From: Eledone cirrhosa
Lineage: Eukaryota
Assembly (NCBI GenBank): GCA_964016885.1
Contig: OZ024760.1
Coordinates: 29,450,001-29,514,000, forward strand
Length of the DNA stretch: 64,000 nucleotides
Direction of reading: 5' to 3'
Part shown: one piece after another, positions 1 through 13,469 of the stretch
Numbering within the stretch: position 1 is the stretch's first letter
Layout of the letters: every line of letters begins with the position of its first letter
The notes under the pieces: model-generated
Told to the model about the DNA's origin: nothing
What the model saw: only the letters and a program-made list of their open reading frames with translations
Database searches by the model: none
Made by a program: the position numbers and the translations under genes

Positions 1-30
1 TGTGTGTGTGTGTGTGAGTTTGTGTGTGTG

Positions 31-113
<83 letters not shown>

Positions 114-225
114 TGGGAGAGGAGTATGTAGGCGTTGTTATATCCAAGACATCAATACCTTGATAGCAAAATGTATTTTAGTGTATGTGTCTATATATAT
201 GTGTGTGTGTGTGTATGTGAGTTTA

Positions 226-290
<65 letters not shown>

Positions 291-861
291 ATATATATAT
301 ATGTGTGTGTATGTGTATATGAAATATGTAGGTGTCATTGTGCACAAGAGATCAATACCTTCATTGGAACAACAGCCACAATCTATCAGGTGACTAAATG
401 ATTAGGGATTGAGAAATTGGTTTTAAATAGTTGTTGTGTCGTTGTTGTTGCTGTTGTGTTGTTGCCATTGTTGTTGTGTTGTTGTCATTGTTGTTGTTGG
501 TGGTGGTGTTGTTTCCATTGTTGTTGTTGGTGTTGTTGTTAGTGTTGTTTGTTATGGAGTTTATTGATTATTAGAGCAGAATTTGATGTAGTAATGAGAG
601 AGGGAGAGAGAGAGAGCAAGGGGGGGGATGGACATTTATCCTATTATGTCCATTAAATAGAATTAAACATTCTAATCCCTTTAGCATAATCATCATCATC
701 ATCATCATCATCGTCATCTTTCTCCTCCCTCCCTCTCCACCCCACTCGCCACCCTCTCTCTACTCTCCCTCCCTCCCTCCTACCCTCTCACCCTCCCTCT
801 CCCCTACCTCCATATATACCATATATATACCATATATACCATCTATATATATATATATATA

Positions 862-1061
862 TAACAAAGGAAATGTGGTAAGGAACCATAACGCACCAAA
901 GTACTCAATACTTAGGGTAGTAGAGTGGGTAATAGGAACGAGTAGGACCCCGACGGCTGAGCTCAAGCCGTTTCGACGGCTAATTCTGGACTAAAAAACA
1001 TTTTTAGTCCAGAATTAGCCGTCGAAACGGCTTGAGCTCAACTGTCGGGGTCCTACTCGTT

Positions 1062-1066
<5 letters not shown>
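862..1066 (-). mobile_element. Fold-back PLE-like remnant in (TA)n
   Basis: Arms 932-997/1001-1066 carry the 3' half of a hammerhead (GAAACGGCU...AGCCGUC). Tail shared with 16345-16423. Confidence 0.65.
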
Positions 1067-1094
<28 letters not shown>

Positions 1095-1097
<3 letters not shown>

Positions 1098-1764
1098 AAT
1101 ATGTATACGTACATACATATATGTATACAGACGTACAGTAGTATGTACATATATACATACATGCACACATATATATATGTACGTATGGGTTTAACGAACA
1201 TTTATCATAATGCTTGGTTTGTTTGTAAACAAACATCCCGAATTAAGCCGTACAGTGTTCGGCAACCATCGTTGCCTTTTTGTTCAACACTGACAAATGA
1301 AATAAAATGAAATTTCATTTCATTCTTTTCCATTTGTCGTTTTCGGTATGCTCGGCCGACTAACTCCCTTGATATGCAAATTAAGCCGCTCAGCCGTTAA
1401 TATGCATAAGGAAAGTATATACTTTCAAACGTTCAATCACCTGACAGGAAGGTATACGATGCTGACGATAGCTAATAAGCTTGAAACTAGTTCATTGTTC
1501 CTTTGTCAGTGTTGAACAAAAGGGCAACGATGGTTGCCGAACACTGTACGGCTTAATTCGGGCTGTTTGTTTACAAACAAGGCGAACATTATGATAAATG
1601 TTCGGTAAACCCACACGTACATATATATATATGTGTGCATGTATGTATATATATACATACCACTGTACATCTGTATACATATATGTATGTACGTATACAT
1701 ACTTATATTTAAGTATCAGCCGTACTAAGAGTGAGAAATGAAATTTCATTTCATTCTTTTCCAT
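1095..1764 (+). mobile_element. Fold-back PLE/retrozyme-like element with hammerhead
   Basis: Inverted arms ~1097-1297/1503-1700, HHR in the loop, 29-bp direct repeat 1305-1333/1736-1764, flanked by (TA)n. Related copy at 30055-30240. Confidence 0.7.
1456..1498 (+). ncRNA. Minimal type-I hammerhead ribozyme
   Basis: Stem I ACGAUG/CAUUGU, core CUGACGA, stem II U.U+AGCU(AAUA)AGCU, GAAA, palindromic stem III ACUAGU, GUU triplet. Confidence 0.8.
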
Positions 1765-1952
1765 ATATATATATATATCATCATCATCATTTTATGTCCG
1801 CTTTTCCCTGCTTGCAAGGGTGGGACGGGAACTGATTCTGGCTTGATTTCTACAGCTGGATGCTCTTCCTAACACCAACCTCATTTGCAGTGAGTGGTGG
1901 GTGCTTTTTTTCTGTGGCACCTCCACGACCATTATATATATATATATATATA

Positions 1953-1993
<41 letters not shown>

Positions 1994-2153
1994 AGCAAAT
2001 TATAAACGTAAACATGTAAGTATGTTTTTGAAACGGTGCGCGAGTTTGAAATTAGAAATTATAAGCTTTCACCGTATTTTAGACTAAAGAAATTTCTAGC
2101 CTGATAGTGGGGTTTATAACCCTCGGAGAAATGGAAAAAGATGAGTGTTGCCA

Positions 2154-2221
<68 letters not shown>

Positions 2222-2293
2222 TATATATAATATATATATATATAATATATATATATATAATATATATATATATAATATATATATATATATAAT

Positions 2294-2356
<63 letters not shown>

Positions 2357-2415
2357 TATATATAATATATATATATATAATATATATATATATACCATAT
2401 ATATATATATATATA

Positions 2416-2502
<87 letters not shown>

Positions 2503-2514
2503 TATATATAATAT

Positions 2515-2561
<47 letters not shown>

Positions 2562-2905
2562 TATATATAATATATATATATATACCATATATATATATAT
2601 ATATATATATACCATATTTATATATAAAACTTACCCCATTTAGTTTACTTCACAAAATATTTCCTAATTCAAACCAACCAGTTGTGAAACTCTGCTAATT
2701 AGTGCTGCCACCTATAACGAGCTGTCTCAACAAATAATGTTTATTAGTCTGTTAATTACATAAGAATTACTTTATATACAACAGTTGGTCATTCTAATTA
2801 ATTAGCACATCTAATTAGTTTTGTGTTGTTTAATTATATATAGCAAATAAACGTGAAGATTGTATATCTATTAATTGACTCTCCGCCTCTCCCTCTCTCT
2901 CTCCC

Positions 2906-2956
<51 letters not shown>

Positions 2957-3093
2957 TTCTGTGTATATATAGTTCTAGTCCTGTAGAAGCCAATTCTATA
3001 TGAAATATTTATACTTTGCTATGTATTGAGTAGCTTACTTACTGTGGTTACCCTCGATTGAACCCAAGATACATATATATATATATGTATGTG

Positions 3094-3158
<65 letters not shown>

Positions 3159-3159
3159 G

Positions 3160-3204
<45 letters not shown>

Positions 3205-3205
3205 G

Positions 3206-3294
<89 letters not shown>

Positions 3295-3344
3295 GTCTGT
3301 GAATGTGTACAGATATATATGTGTGTGTGTGTGTGTGTGTATAT

Positions 3345-3945
3345 ATCATCATTTCATTTTACGTCCGCTTTTTCCCTGCTTGCAAGGGTGGGACGGGAAC
3401 TGATGCTGGCTTGATTTCTACAGTTGGATGCCCTTCCTAACACCAACCTCATTTACAGTGAGTGCTGGGTGCTTTTTTGCCATGGCACCTCCACGAACAC
3501 TTTGCAGTGTGGGCTGGGTGCTTTTTTGCCGTGACACCTGCACGACCACTTTACAGTGAGTGCTGGGTGCTTTTTTGCCGTGACACCTGCACGACCACTT
3601 TACAGTGAGTGCTGGGTGCTTTTTTGCCGTGACACCTGCACGACCACTTTACAGTGAGTGCTGGGTGCTTTTTTGCCGTGACACCTGCACGACCACTTTA
3701 CAGTGAGTGCTGGGTGCTTTTTTGCCGTGGTACCTGCACGACCACTTTACAGTGAGTGCTGGGTGCTTTTTTGCCGTGGCACCTCCACAACCACTTTGCA
3801 GTGGAATGATATGGACCCCAGTCCCTATCATCTCATTTCTACAACTGAGTAAACTGGAGCAATGTGAAATAAAGTGTCTTGCTCAAGGTAACAACACATC
3901 ACCTGGTCTGAGAATTGAACTCACAACCTTTCGATTGCAAGGCCA
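3345..3945 (-). mobile_element. SINE copy containing a 49-bp tandem expansion
   Basis: Reverse complement of the 20033 family; ~7 copies of CACGACCACTTTACAGTGAGTGCTGGGTGCTTTTTTGCCGTGACACCTG. Confidence 0.8.
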
Positions 3946-3959
3946 ATATATATATATAT

Positions 3960-4352
3960 ACACAGACAATCTCAAAAGGTCTCCTTCCGATATTGCAACT
4001 TTTCCATTAAAATGCTGTGGATGGTGCTTCGGGAAACCTCAGGAACAAAAAATGCAGAGAGCATCCAGAGTGATCCGCCGATCTTTACACATGTTTTCCT
4101 CGGAAGGAGACCTTACTTTTGGGAATACCCTCGTATATAATAACTGCGCGAAATTCGCACTTGGCTGTAGTGTTCAACGGGAGCTCTATTCTCAATGGCT
4201 GCCAAGTCAAGATTAAGCATCCCAGCGAAGCGTGCGGATGCTTGTTTGGGAGTGAAGGAAGCACCAATCACAACAGTGTTGACAACAGCCGTACGAACTG
4301 TTTCTCCGCGTCCCCATCGCTTTAGAGACCTTTTTTTGGGATTACCCTCGTA
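3960..4352. mobile_element. Mariner-like MITE (copy of the 13470 family)
   Basis: Same internal sequence; two right TIRs ending CCCTCGTA (4135, 4352). Confidence 0.65.
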
Positions 4353-4586
4353 TATATATATGTATACATATATATACATATATATATACATATATATATA
4401 TGTATATATATATGTATACATATATATACATATATATATACATATATATATATATGTATATATATATATGTATACATATATATATACATATATGTATACA
4501 TATATATACATATATATATATCACAGAAAAAAGAGAATCAGTGTTGCAACGAATGGAATTTATTGGACATATTACAATCGTTTCTC

Positions 4587-4621
<35 letters not shown>

Positions 4622-4670
4622 ATTTTTCTCTAACACCTAATCTTTCATGTCTGTTTCTGTCTATTTCCAG

Positions 4671-4802
4671 CAGAATGACGATCTTCATTCAAGCTATGAC
4701 TCCCGACCCCCGTCATCCATAGAAATCAGGGTACCCACTGTACAGGAGGATCATTCTACTCTTCAATTACAAGATGCAATCCAAGTGATTGTATTGAATA
4801 AG
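4671..4802 (+). CDS. MPDZ: MPDZ/PATJ-like multi-PDZ protein, exon (first in window; linker and start of PDZ)
   Basis: Polypyrimidine tract plus ttccag|CAG acceptor, AAG|gtattg donor. 132 nt, QNDDLHSS...IQVIVLNK, in frame with next exon GLAGLGF. Confidence 0.75.
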
Positions 4803-5024
4803 GTATTGATTTGGCTTGATTTTCCTATGAATGATTTTACTTAGGGAAACAGGTATTATAACCATTGGTCCATATGTCGTGTACCTCATGCAGCCCCATG
4901 GCCTAGTGGTTAGAGGATTGGATTTGCAATTGTGAGCTTGCAAATTCGATTCCCAGACCAGGCAAAGTGGTATGTCCTTGACTAAGACACTTTATTTCAC
5001 ATTGGTCTTTCTGTTCCAACCAGT

Positions 5025-8000
5025 AGATAGTATCAGTAATAGAAACAATGTCTCCTTGGTCAGATCTGACAATCTACAGATAGTATCAGTAATGGAAAGA
5101 CCAATGGAAACATTGTTTCCTTGGTCTAATCTGACAATCTACAGATAGTATCAGTAATGGAAAGACCAATGGAAACATTGTCTCCTTGGTCAGATCTGAC
5201 AATCTACAGATAGTATCAGTAATGGAAAGACCAATGGAAACATTGTTTCCTTGGTCAGATCTGACAATCTACAGATAGTATCAGTAATGGAAAGACCAAT
5301 GGAAACATTGTTTCCTTGGTCAGATCTGACAATCTACAGATAGTATCAGTAATGGAAAGACCAATGGAAACATTGTTTCCTTGGTCAGATCTGACAATCT
5401 ACAGATAGTATCACTAATGGAAAGACCAATGGAAACATTGTTTCCTTGGTCTGATCTGACAATCTACAGATAGTATCAGTAATGGAAAGACCAATGGAAA
5501 CATTGTTTCCTTGGTCAGATCTGACAATCTACAGATAGTATCAGTAATGGAAAGACCAATGGAAACATTGTTTCCTTGGTCTGATCTGACAATCTACAGA
5601 TAGTATCAGTAATGGAAAGACCAATGGAAACATTGTTTCCTTGGTCTGATCTGACAATCTACAGATAGTATCAGTAATGGAAAGACCAATGGAAACATTG
5701 TTTCCTTGGTCTGATCTGACAATCTACAGATAGTATCAGTAATGGAAAGACCAATGGAAACATTGTTTCCTTGGTCAGATCTGACAATCTACAGATAGTA
5801 TCAGTAATGGAAAGACCAATGGAAACATTGTTTCCTTGGTCAGATCTGACAATCTACAGATAGTATCAGTAATGGAAAGACCAATGGAAACATTGTTTCC
5901 TTGGTCTGATCTGACAATCTACAGATAGTATCAGTAATGGAAAGACCAATGGAAACATTGTTTCCTTGGTCTGATCTGACAATCTACAGATAGTATCAGT
6001 AATGGAAAGACCAATGGAAACATTGTTTCCTTGGTCTGATCTGACAATCTACAGATAGTATCAGTAATGGAAAGACCAATGGAAACATTGTTTCCTTGGT
6101 CAGATCTGACAATCTACAGATAGTATCAGTAATGGAAAGACCAATGGAAACATTGTTTCCTTGGTCAGATCTGACAATCTACAGATAGTATCAGTAATGG
6201 AAAGACCAATGGAAACATTGTTTCCTTGGTCTGATCTGACAATCTACAGATAGTATCAGTAATGGAAAGACCAATGGAAACATTGTTTCCTTGGTCTGAT
6301 CTGACAATCTACAGATAGTATCAGTAATGGAAAGACCAATGGAAACATTGTTTCCTTGGTCAGATCTGACAATCTACAGATAGTATCACTAATGGAAAGA
6401 CCAATGGAAACATTGTTTCCTTGGTCTGATCTGACAATCTACAGATAGTATCAGTAATGGAAAGACCAATGGAAACATTGTTTCCTTGGTCTGATCTGAC
6501 AATCTACAGATAGTATCAGTAATGGAAAGACCAATGGAAACATTGTTTCCTTGGTCTGATCTGACAATCTACAGATAGTATCAGTAATGGAAAGACCAAT
6601 GGAAACATTGTTTCCTTGGTCTGATCTGACAATCTACAGATAGTATCAGTAATGGAAAGACCAATGGAAACATTGTTTCCTTGGTCTGATCTGACAATCT
6701 ACAGATAGTATCAGTAATGGAAAGACCAATGGAAACATTGTTTCCTTGGTCAGATCTGACAATCTACAGATAGTATCAGTAATGGAAAGACCAATGGAAA
6801 CATTGTTTCCTTGGTCAGATCTGACAATCTACAGATAGTATCAGTAATGGAAAGACCAATGGAAACATTGTTTCCTTGGTCAGATCTGACAATCTACAGA
6901 TAGTATCACTAATGGAAAGACCAATGGAAACATTGTTTCCTTGGTCTGATCTGACAATCTACAGATAGTATCAGTAATGGAAAGACCAATGGAAACATTG
7001 TTTCCTTGGTCAGATCTGACAATCTACAGATAGTATCAGTAATGGAAAGACCAATGGAAACATTGTTTCCTTGGTCAGATCTGACAATCTACAGATAGTA
7101 TCACTAATGGAAAGACCAATGGAAACATTGTTTCCTTGGTCTGATCTGACAATCTACAGATAGTATCAGTAATGGAAAGACCAATGGAAACATTGTTTCC
7201 TTGGTCTGATCTGACAATCTACAGATAGTATCAGTAATGGAAAGACCAATGGAAACATTGTTTCCTTGGTCTGATCTGACAATCTACAGATAGTATCAGT
7301 AATGGAAAGACCAATGGAAACATTGTTTCCTTGGTCAGATCTGACAATCTACAGATAGCATCAGTAATGGAAAGACCAATGGAAACATTGTTTCCTTGGT
7401 CTGATCTGACAATCTACAGATAGTATCAGTAATGGAAAGACCAATGGAAACATTGTTTCCTTGGTCTGATCTGACAATCTACAGATAGTATCAGTAATGG
7501 AAAGACCAATGGAAACATTGTTTCCTTGGTCTGATCTGACAATCTACAGATAGTATCAGTAATGGAAAGACCAATGGAAACATTGTTTCCTTGGTCAGAT
7601 CTGACAATCTACAGATAGCATCAGTAATGGAAAGACCAATGGAAACATTGTTTCCTTGGTCAGATCTGACAATCTACAGATAGTATCACTAATGGAAAGA
7701 CCAATGGAAACATTGTTTCCTTGGTCTGATCTGACAATCTACAGATAGTATCAGTAATGGAAAGACCAATGGAAACATTGTTTCCTTGGTCTGATCTGAC
7801 AATCTACAGATAGTATCAGTAATGGTAAGACCAATAGAAACATTGTTTCCTTGGTCAGATCTGACAATCTACAGATAGTATCAGTAATGGAAAGACCAAT
7901 GGAAACATTGTTTCCTTGGTCAGATCTGACAATCTACAGATAGTATCAGTAATGGTAAGACCAATAGAAACATTGTTTCCTTGGTCAGATCTGACAATCT

Positions 8001-8644
8001 ACAGATAGTATCAGTAATGGAAAGACCAATGGAAACATTGTTTCCTTGGTCTGATCTGACAATCTACAGATAGTATCAGTAATGGAAAGACCAATGGAAA
8101 CATTGTTTCCTTGGTCTGATCTGACAATCTACAGATAGTATCAGTAATGGAAAGACCAATGGAAACATTGTTTCCTTGGTCAGATCTGACAATCTACAGA
8201 TAGTATCAGTAATGGAAAGACCAATGGAAACATTGTTTCCTTGGTCTGATCTGACAATCTACAGATAGTATCAGTAATGGAAAGACCAATGGAAACATTG
8301 TTTCCTTGGTCTGATCTGACAATCTACAGATAGTATCAGTAATGGAAAGACCAATGGAAACATTGTTTCCTTGGTCTGATCTGACAATCTACAGATAGTA
8401 TCAGTAATGGAAAGACCAATGGGAACATTGTCTCCTTGGTCTGATCTGACAATCTACAGATAGTATCAGTAATGGAAAGACCAATGGAAACATTGTTTCC
8501 TTGGCCTGATCTGACAATCTACAGATAGTATCAGTAATGGAAAGACCAATGGAAACATTGTTTCCTTGGTCAGATCTGACAATCTACAGATAGTATCAGT
8601 AATGGAAAGACCAATGGAAACATTGTTTCCTTGGTCTGATCTGA
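5025..8644. repeat. 65-bp minisatellite, ~55 copies
   Basis: Unit CCAATGGAAACATTGTTTCCTTGGTC(A/T)GATCTGACAATCTACAGATAGTATCAGTAATGGAAAGA. Confidence 0.97.
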
Positions 8645-8691
8645 AATTTAATATTATTTCATTTTTTATTTTCTTTCTTTATTTTATTCAG

Positions 8692-8784
8692 GGATTGGCT
8701 GGTTTAGGATTTACAATTATGGAAAGCAAAACCAAACCAGGCATATTTGTGAAGTCCATATCTCCAACTGGTCCCGCTGCTCAG
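8692..8784 (+). CDS. MPDZ: MPDZ-like exon, PDZ GLGF loop
   Basis: ttcag|GGA...CAG|gtaaat; GLAGLGFTIMESKTKPGIFVKSISPTGPAAQ. Confidence 0.9.
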
Positions 8785-8903
8785 GTAAATATATATATAG
8801 TTGTTGTTGTTAAGGGTGGACAAACACACGGGGAATAGACACAGCATAACCTCATGATTAAGAAGCTCACTTCACAATCATAAGGCACCGCATTTGAGTC
8901 TAA

Positions 8904-9525
8904 TCTATATATATAAAACTGAGGATGTCTGTTTGTGTGTGTGTCTGTGAGTTTGAATCCCTAAAACTCGAGAAGTACCCAACCGATTTCAAACTTTACA
9001 TGTGTATTACTTATGTTTCAGGGAGTGTTATGCACATAAAAAAATTCAACTTTTTGATCCCCTGGGGCCCACATTAGGTGAAAAACTGCATTTTTTTAGC
9101 TTTTTACGGATTTTTTTAGGCGTTACATCAGACCTTGAAATTGTAACTATGTATTAGTCAGTCTCTTCTTCATACTGTGAGCAAAGAAAATCCAACTTTT
9201 TGATGGCCTAGGGCCCGCATTAGGTGAAAAACTTCATTTTTTCAGCTTTTTAGGGCTTTTTTGAGGCGTTACATCTAGCCGATTTTCCCAAACTTTCAAG
9301 GCATATTATGCACATAAAAAAATTTATTTTCTTGATCCCCATTAGGTGAAAACCTGCATTTTTCCTGTTTCACAGAGGAAAATCTTAAAGATTATCCAGC
9401 TATCAGAGTATTCGGTTTATTTTCTTTACATATTGTCCAGGCATGCAGTTTTTCCTCGATTAGGTCTGTTGGCGGCCCGCGTTCCAAAATACCTTATCCC
9501 GTGCAATGCCGGGTACCACTGCTAA
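8904..9525 (+). mobile_element. Non-autonomous Helitron-like element
   Basis: A|TCTATATATATAAA 5' end, subterminal hairpin CCCGTGCAATGCCGGG, 3' CTAA|T, internal ATTAGGTGAAAA repeats. Confidence 0.6.
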
Positions 9526-9764
9526 TGACTCTATAGAGTACATACAATTATGTAATTACACTATAGAGTACTCACAGGTACCAAGGTACTCTAGAGAGTT
9601 CTCACAAGTAATTAATTACTTTATAGAGTATCACAGATATCTACTCTATAAAGTATTCACAATGGCGGGGGTAAATGTATTGCAAATTTTAATTTTGTAT
9701 AGAGTAACGTAAATTTTCAATTAAATAAACAACATACATACACACACTCATATATATATATATA

Positions 9765-9964
9765 TACAAGAGCGGGCTGAAAATTTCATGGGCTGACTAT
9801 GAAGGAGTGATGCTAGAGCTGTTAAATCTTGCATGCATTAATTTCAATTCTTATTATTAATAACTGCATAGTTTTTTCCAGGCACTATGTTGAAAAATAA
9901 CCTCATTTGGTCATTCCATGAGAGTATCTTGGTCAGCCTATTAACTTTTCAGCTGACCCTCATA
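9765..9964. mobile_element. Mariner-like MITE
   Basis: Imperfect TIRs GCTGAAAATTTCATGGGCTGAC / GTCAGCCTATTAACTTTTCAGC, TA flanks. Confidence 0.5.
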
Positions 9965-10171
9965 CACACACAGTTATATGTATATATATTAGGATGGCCC
10001 TTATTTTTCAACTTTTTAAAAGTTTAGCTCCCACCCACTTATCTTGTTCCAATTAACAAAATATCAATCTATGCAAAATTTCAGCTCAAGAGAAATTCAA
10101 GCTAATTCAAGCATTAAACTAATATATTTATTCCCTGTACAGTGCTGTTGGTTTTGTTATTTTTGCTATTA

Positions 10172-10213
<42 letters not shown>

Positions 10214-10350
10214 TATACACACACAGGGAGTGTAAGCTGAAGTTACTGTAGGTTCACCCAGGTGAGCACTCGATGTTTAGGTTCACGTCAGTAGTGAGGT
10301 GTAGAGCTAGACAGAGTGTAATATAATTATAATAATAATAATAATAATAA

Positions 10351-10386
<36 letters not shown>

Positions 10387-11544
10387 CATATACATATATA
10401 TATATACACACAATTTTTCATCATCTTCCTACATCAGTGGAAGTCATTATATGTGGTTGTATGATGCCAAGAAACACCAAGCTTCTCCCTTCGTTGCCAA
10501 AATCATTCCAGTTAATTTCTTACATAGAAATTATTAATATTGTTAATATTGACTTCTTACTTATTTCTTCTGCTTCACACACTCTCTCTCTCTCTCTCTC
10601 TCTTCTTCTGCTTCACACTCTCTCGCTCTCTTCTTCTGCTTCACACTCTCTCTCTTCTTCTGCATCTCTCGCTCTCTCTCTCTCTCTCTCCTATGTTCAT
10701 ATTCGCAACAAAGCAGCACGCCATTTTTTCATTCACATATATTTTCCCTTCGTTCTGGTTCGTATTTTTTCTGTTACCTTACTGCTTTCCTCTTTCTCTC
10801 TCTCCCCCTTCCCTCTTGCTTTCCTCCACCCCCCCGCTGCTGGTCACACACTCTCAGCTGGCCCCTTCCTCACACTTTCACTCACTCACTCTCTGCTACT
10901 CCTCCTCTCTCACTTCCTCCCGCCTGACCTGCGCTAATTCTTTCCTCTCTCAATCTTCTCGTGGCTCGGACGTGTCTGTTTTCTTCTCGTCATTTGATTT
11001 GTCGGACTTAAGTCCACAAGATTCATTGATTTGTCTCTCTTTTCCTCTCTTTACGTTGCGTTACTACCATGTTGTTTGTTCACTTTCCTCTGTCCCGTTA
11101 ACTTAATTTAGTTATCGCTCGCACTGATTTTAGGTATCTAGTCTTTAATGCGAAGAAATACCAATGAGAATCAGCAGACTACTGATGATGGACTTTTCCT
11201 GTTCCTCGGTCTATTTTTATTCATATATATATATATATATATGTGTATATATATATATATCTTTCTCTCTCTCCTTCTCTCTCATATATATATATCCCTC
11301 TCCCTCTTCCCATTCTTCTTCCACTGCTTCATCATAGGCGGTGGATTGGCAGTATTGGTAGAGGGTCGGACGCCATGCTTTGGAGCATAGTTACCTCCCT
11401 TTATGATCTGAGTTCAAATCCCGCCGAGGTTAAGTTTGCCTTTCATCCTTACGGGGTCGATAAAATAAAGTACCAGTAATGTACTGGGTAATTGCTGGCC
11501 TTGTGCCAAAAGAAGAAACAATTATTGATATCATCTTCTCATTC

Positions 11545-11600
<56 letters not shown>

Positions 11601-11821
11601 ACATGCATATATAGATATATCATCATCATCACCATTTAACGTCCATTTTAGAGGCTAGCATGGGTAGGACATGTTGTCCTGTGGTGAGGCAGCTAGGTTG
11701 GCATCCGGATGCCCTTCCTAATGCCAACCACATTTTCAGAGTGGACTGGGTGTTTTTGTCGTTGCTCCAGGATGATCACTTTGTGGTGTGGATTGGGGAC
11801 TTGGGTGGGGGAGGTGCACCC

Positions 11822-11852
<31 letters not shown>

Positions 11853-11867
11853 CACACACACACATAT

Positions 11868-12748
11868 CATCATCATCATCATCATCATCAACGTTTAACG
11901 TCCGTGTTCCACGCTTGCATGGGTTTGGACGGGGGTAGTCCCACTTGAGGCAAGAGTGATTGTCTTGCTCGCATAGGACTGTCTGGCAGGTTTTCTACAG
12001 TTGGATGCCCTTCCTAACACCAACCACATTTACAGTGTGGGTCTGGGAGGTTTTTACCGTGTTGCCTACACGGCCACATTACAGCGTGGACTGTGTGTTT
12101 TTTTGTCGTGACACCTACACGATCTCATTTGTTTCGGCCTCGATGGCGCGGCACCAACATAACTTTACATAGAACGGGGTGGTGTGGATGGGGTGGGGGT
12201 GGTGGGACGGGGTGTATTTTGTTAGAGATGCCTACTGGCTGGAGTAGGTTTTACTATATATTTAGGTAAGGCGGGTCTTCTCTGTTACTGAGTACCGCCA
12301 AAGGTCTCGGTCCAGTGACATTGTCTTGGAGAGGTGTAAGTGTGTGATGTCGGAGTTTATCAGCTCGTCCCAGGTTTTTCTAGGTCTGCCTATTCCGTGA
12401 CTACCGTCTATCTTTATTGCCCTGCACTTTGTTATACAGCTATCGACTTTCATGCGCATCACGTGTCCATACCAACGTAGCCTTCTCTCGAGTAAACAAC
12501 ATCTGATCCCTCTTATCTCTAATTTTTTCCTTAGTTCGTTTATGCTTTGCCGTTCACGTATATTACTGTTACACATCCAGCGGAGCATGCAAGCTTCGTT
12601 CCTCTCTAGTCTGCGTATATCCTCTGCACACAATGCCCAGGTCTCACTGCCATGCAGCATTGCTGTTCGTATGCAGGCATCGTACAACCTGCCTTTCATT
12701 TTTAGTGAGAACCCTTTAGTAGCTAATAGTGGTATAAGCTCTCTGAAC
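11868..12748 (-). mobile_element. RTE LINE 3' fragment (same family as 44857-48080)
   Basis: ORF 12262-12699 MLHGSETW...RRLRWYGHVMR...GRPRKTW, 3'UTR and (GAT)n tail. Confidence 0.9.
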
Positions 12749-12776
12749 TATATATATATATATATATACACACACA

Positions 12777-12813
<37 letters not shown>

Positions 12814-12844
12814 TATATGTATGATTTTCTGTATATTGTTTTAT

Positions 12845-13153
12845 TACTATTACTACTACTACTAAACAACAGCCACTACTACAACTACTACTACTACTAC
12901 TAAACATCAGCCACTACTACAACTACTACTACTACTACTAAACAACAACTACTACTACTACTACAACTACTTCTACTACTACTACTACTAAGCAACTACT
13001 ACTACTACTACTACTACTTCTACTACTAAACAACTACTACTACTACTACAACTACTACTAAACAACAACTACTACTACTACTAAACAACAACAACTACTA
13101 CAACTACTAAACAACAACTACTACTACTAAACAACAACTACTACTACTACTAC
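12845..13153. repeat. (ACT)n/(ACA)n microsatellite
   Basis: Direct inspection. Confidence 0.9.
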
Positions 13154-13159
13154 TTACAG

Positions 13160-13234
13160 GATGGTCAGTTGAGTGTAGGTGACCAGATCTTGGAAATTGA
13201 CAGACATTGTGTGGAAAATGTAGATTATCAGAAG
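13160..13234 (+). CDS. MPDZ: MPDZ-like exon
   Basis: ttacag|GAT...AAG|gtaagt; DGQLSVGDQILEIDRHCVENVDYQK (PDZ GDQIL motif). Confidence 0.9.
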
Positions 13235-13469
13235 GTAAGTTCTGCTTTATATAATTATAACAGTCACATATACAGGTACATAAGTTTTGTTGGGTTGTGG
13301 GCCTCAACTCATTCAGACTGTCATAAGAAAAATATAAATAATGAGGTTTTATATTTATTTTTATTATCTACCTGTTAATGTCACTATTGTAATTATTTAT
13401 ACTAAACTCGTCCTATGGCCTGAGTGCTCTTAGTCTTGGATATTTCCACTTAACTTTTACTACAGTATA

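Noticed and set aside
5025-8644. CRISPR-like array or tandem ribozyme array
   Set aside because: Units are contiguous with no unique spacers, there are no cas genes, and the context is a eukaryotic intron. GAAACAUUGUU is present but no CUGANGA core or stem II on either strand.
11177-11212. Hammerhead at CTGATGA-T-GGA(CTTT)TCC-T
   Set aside because: GAAA and stem III are missing; at best a remnant.
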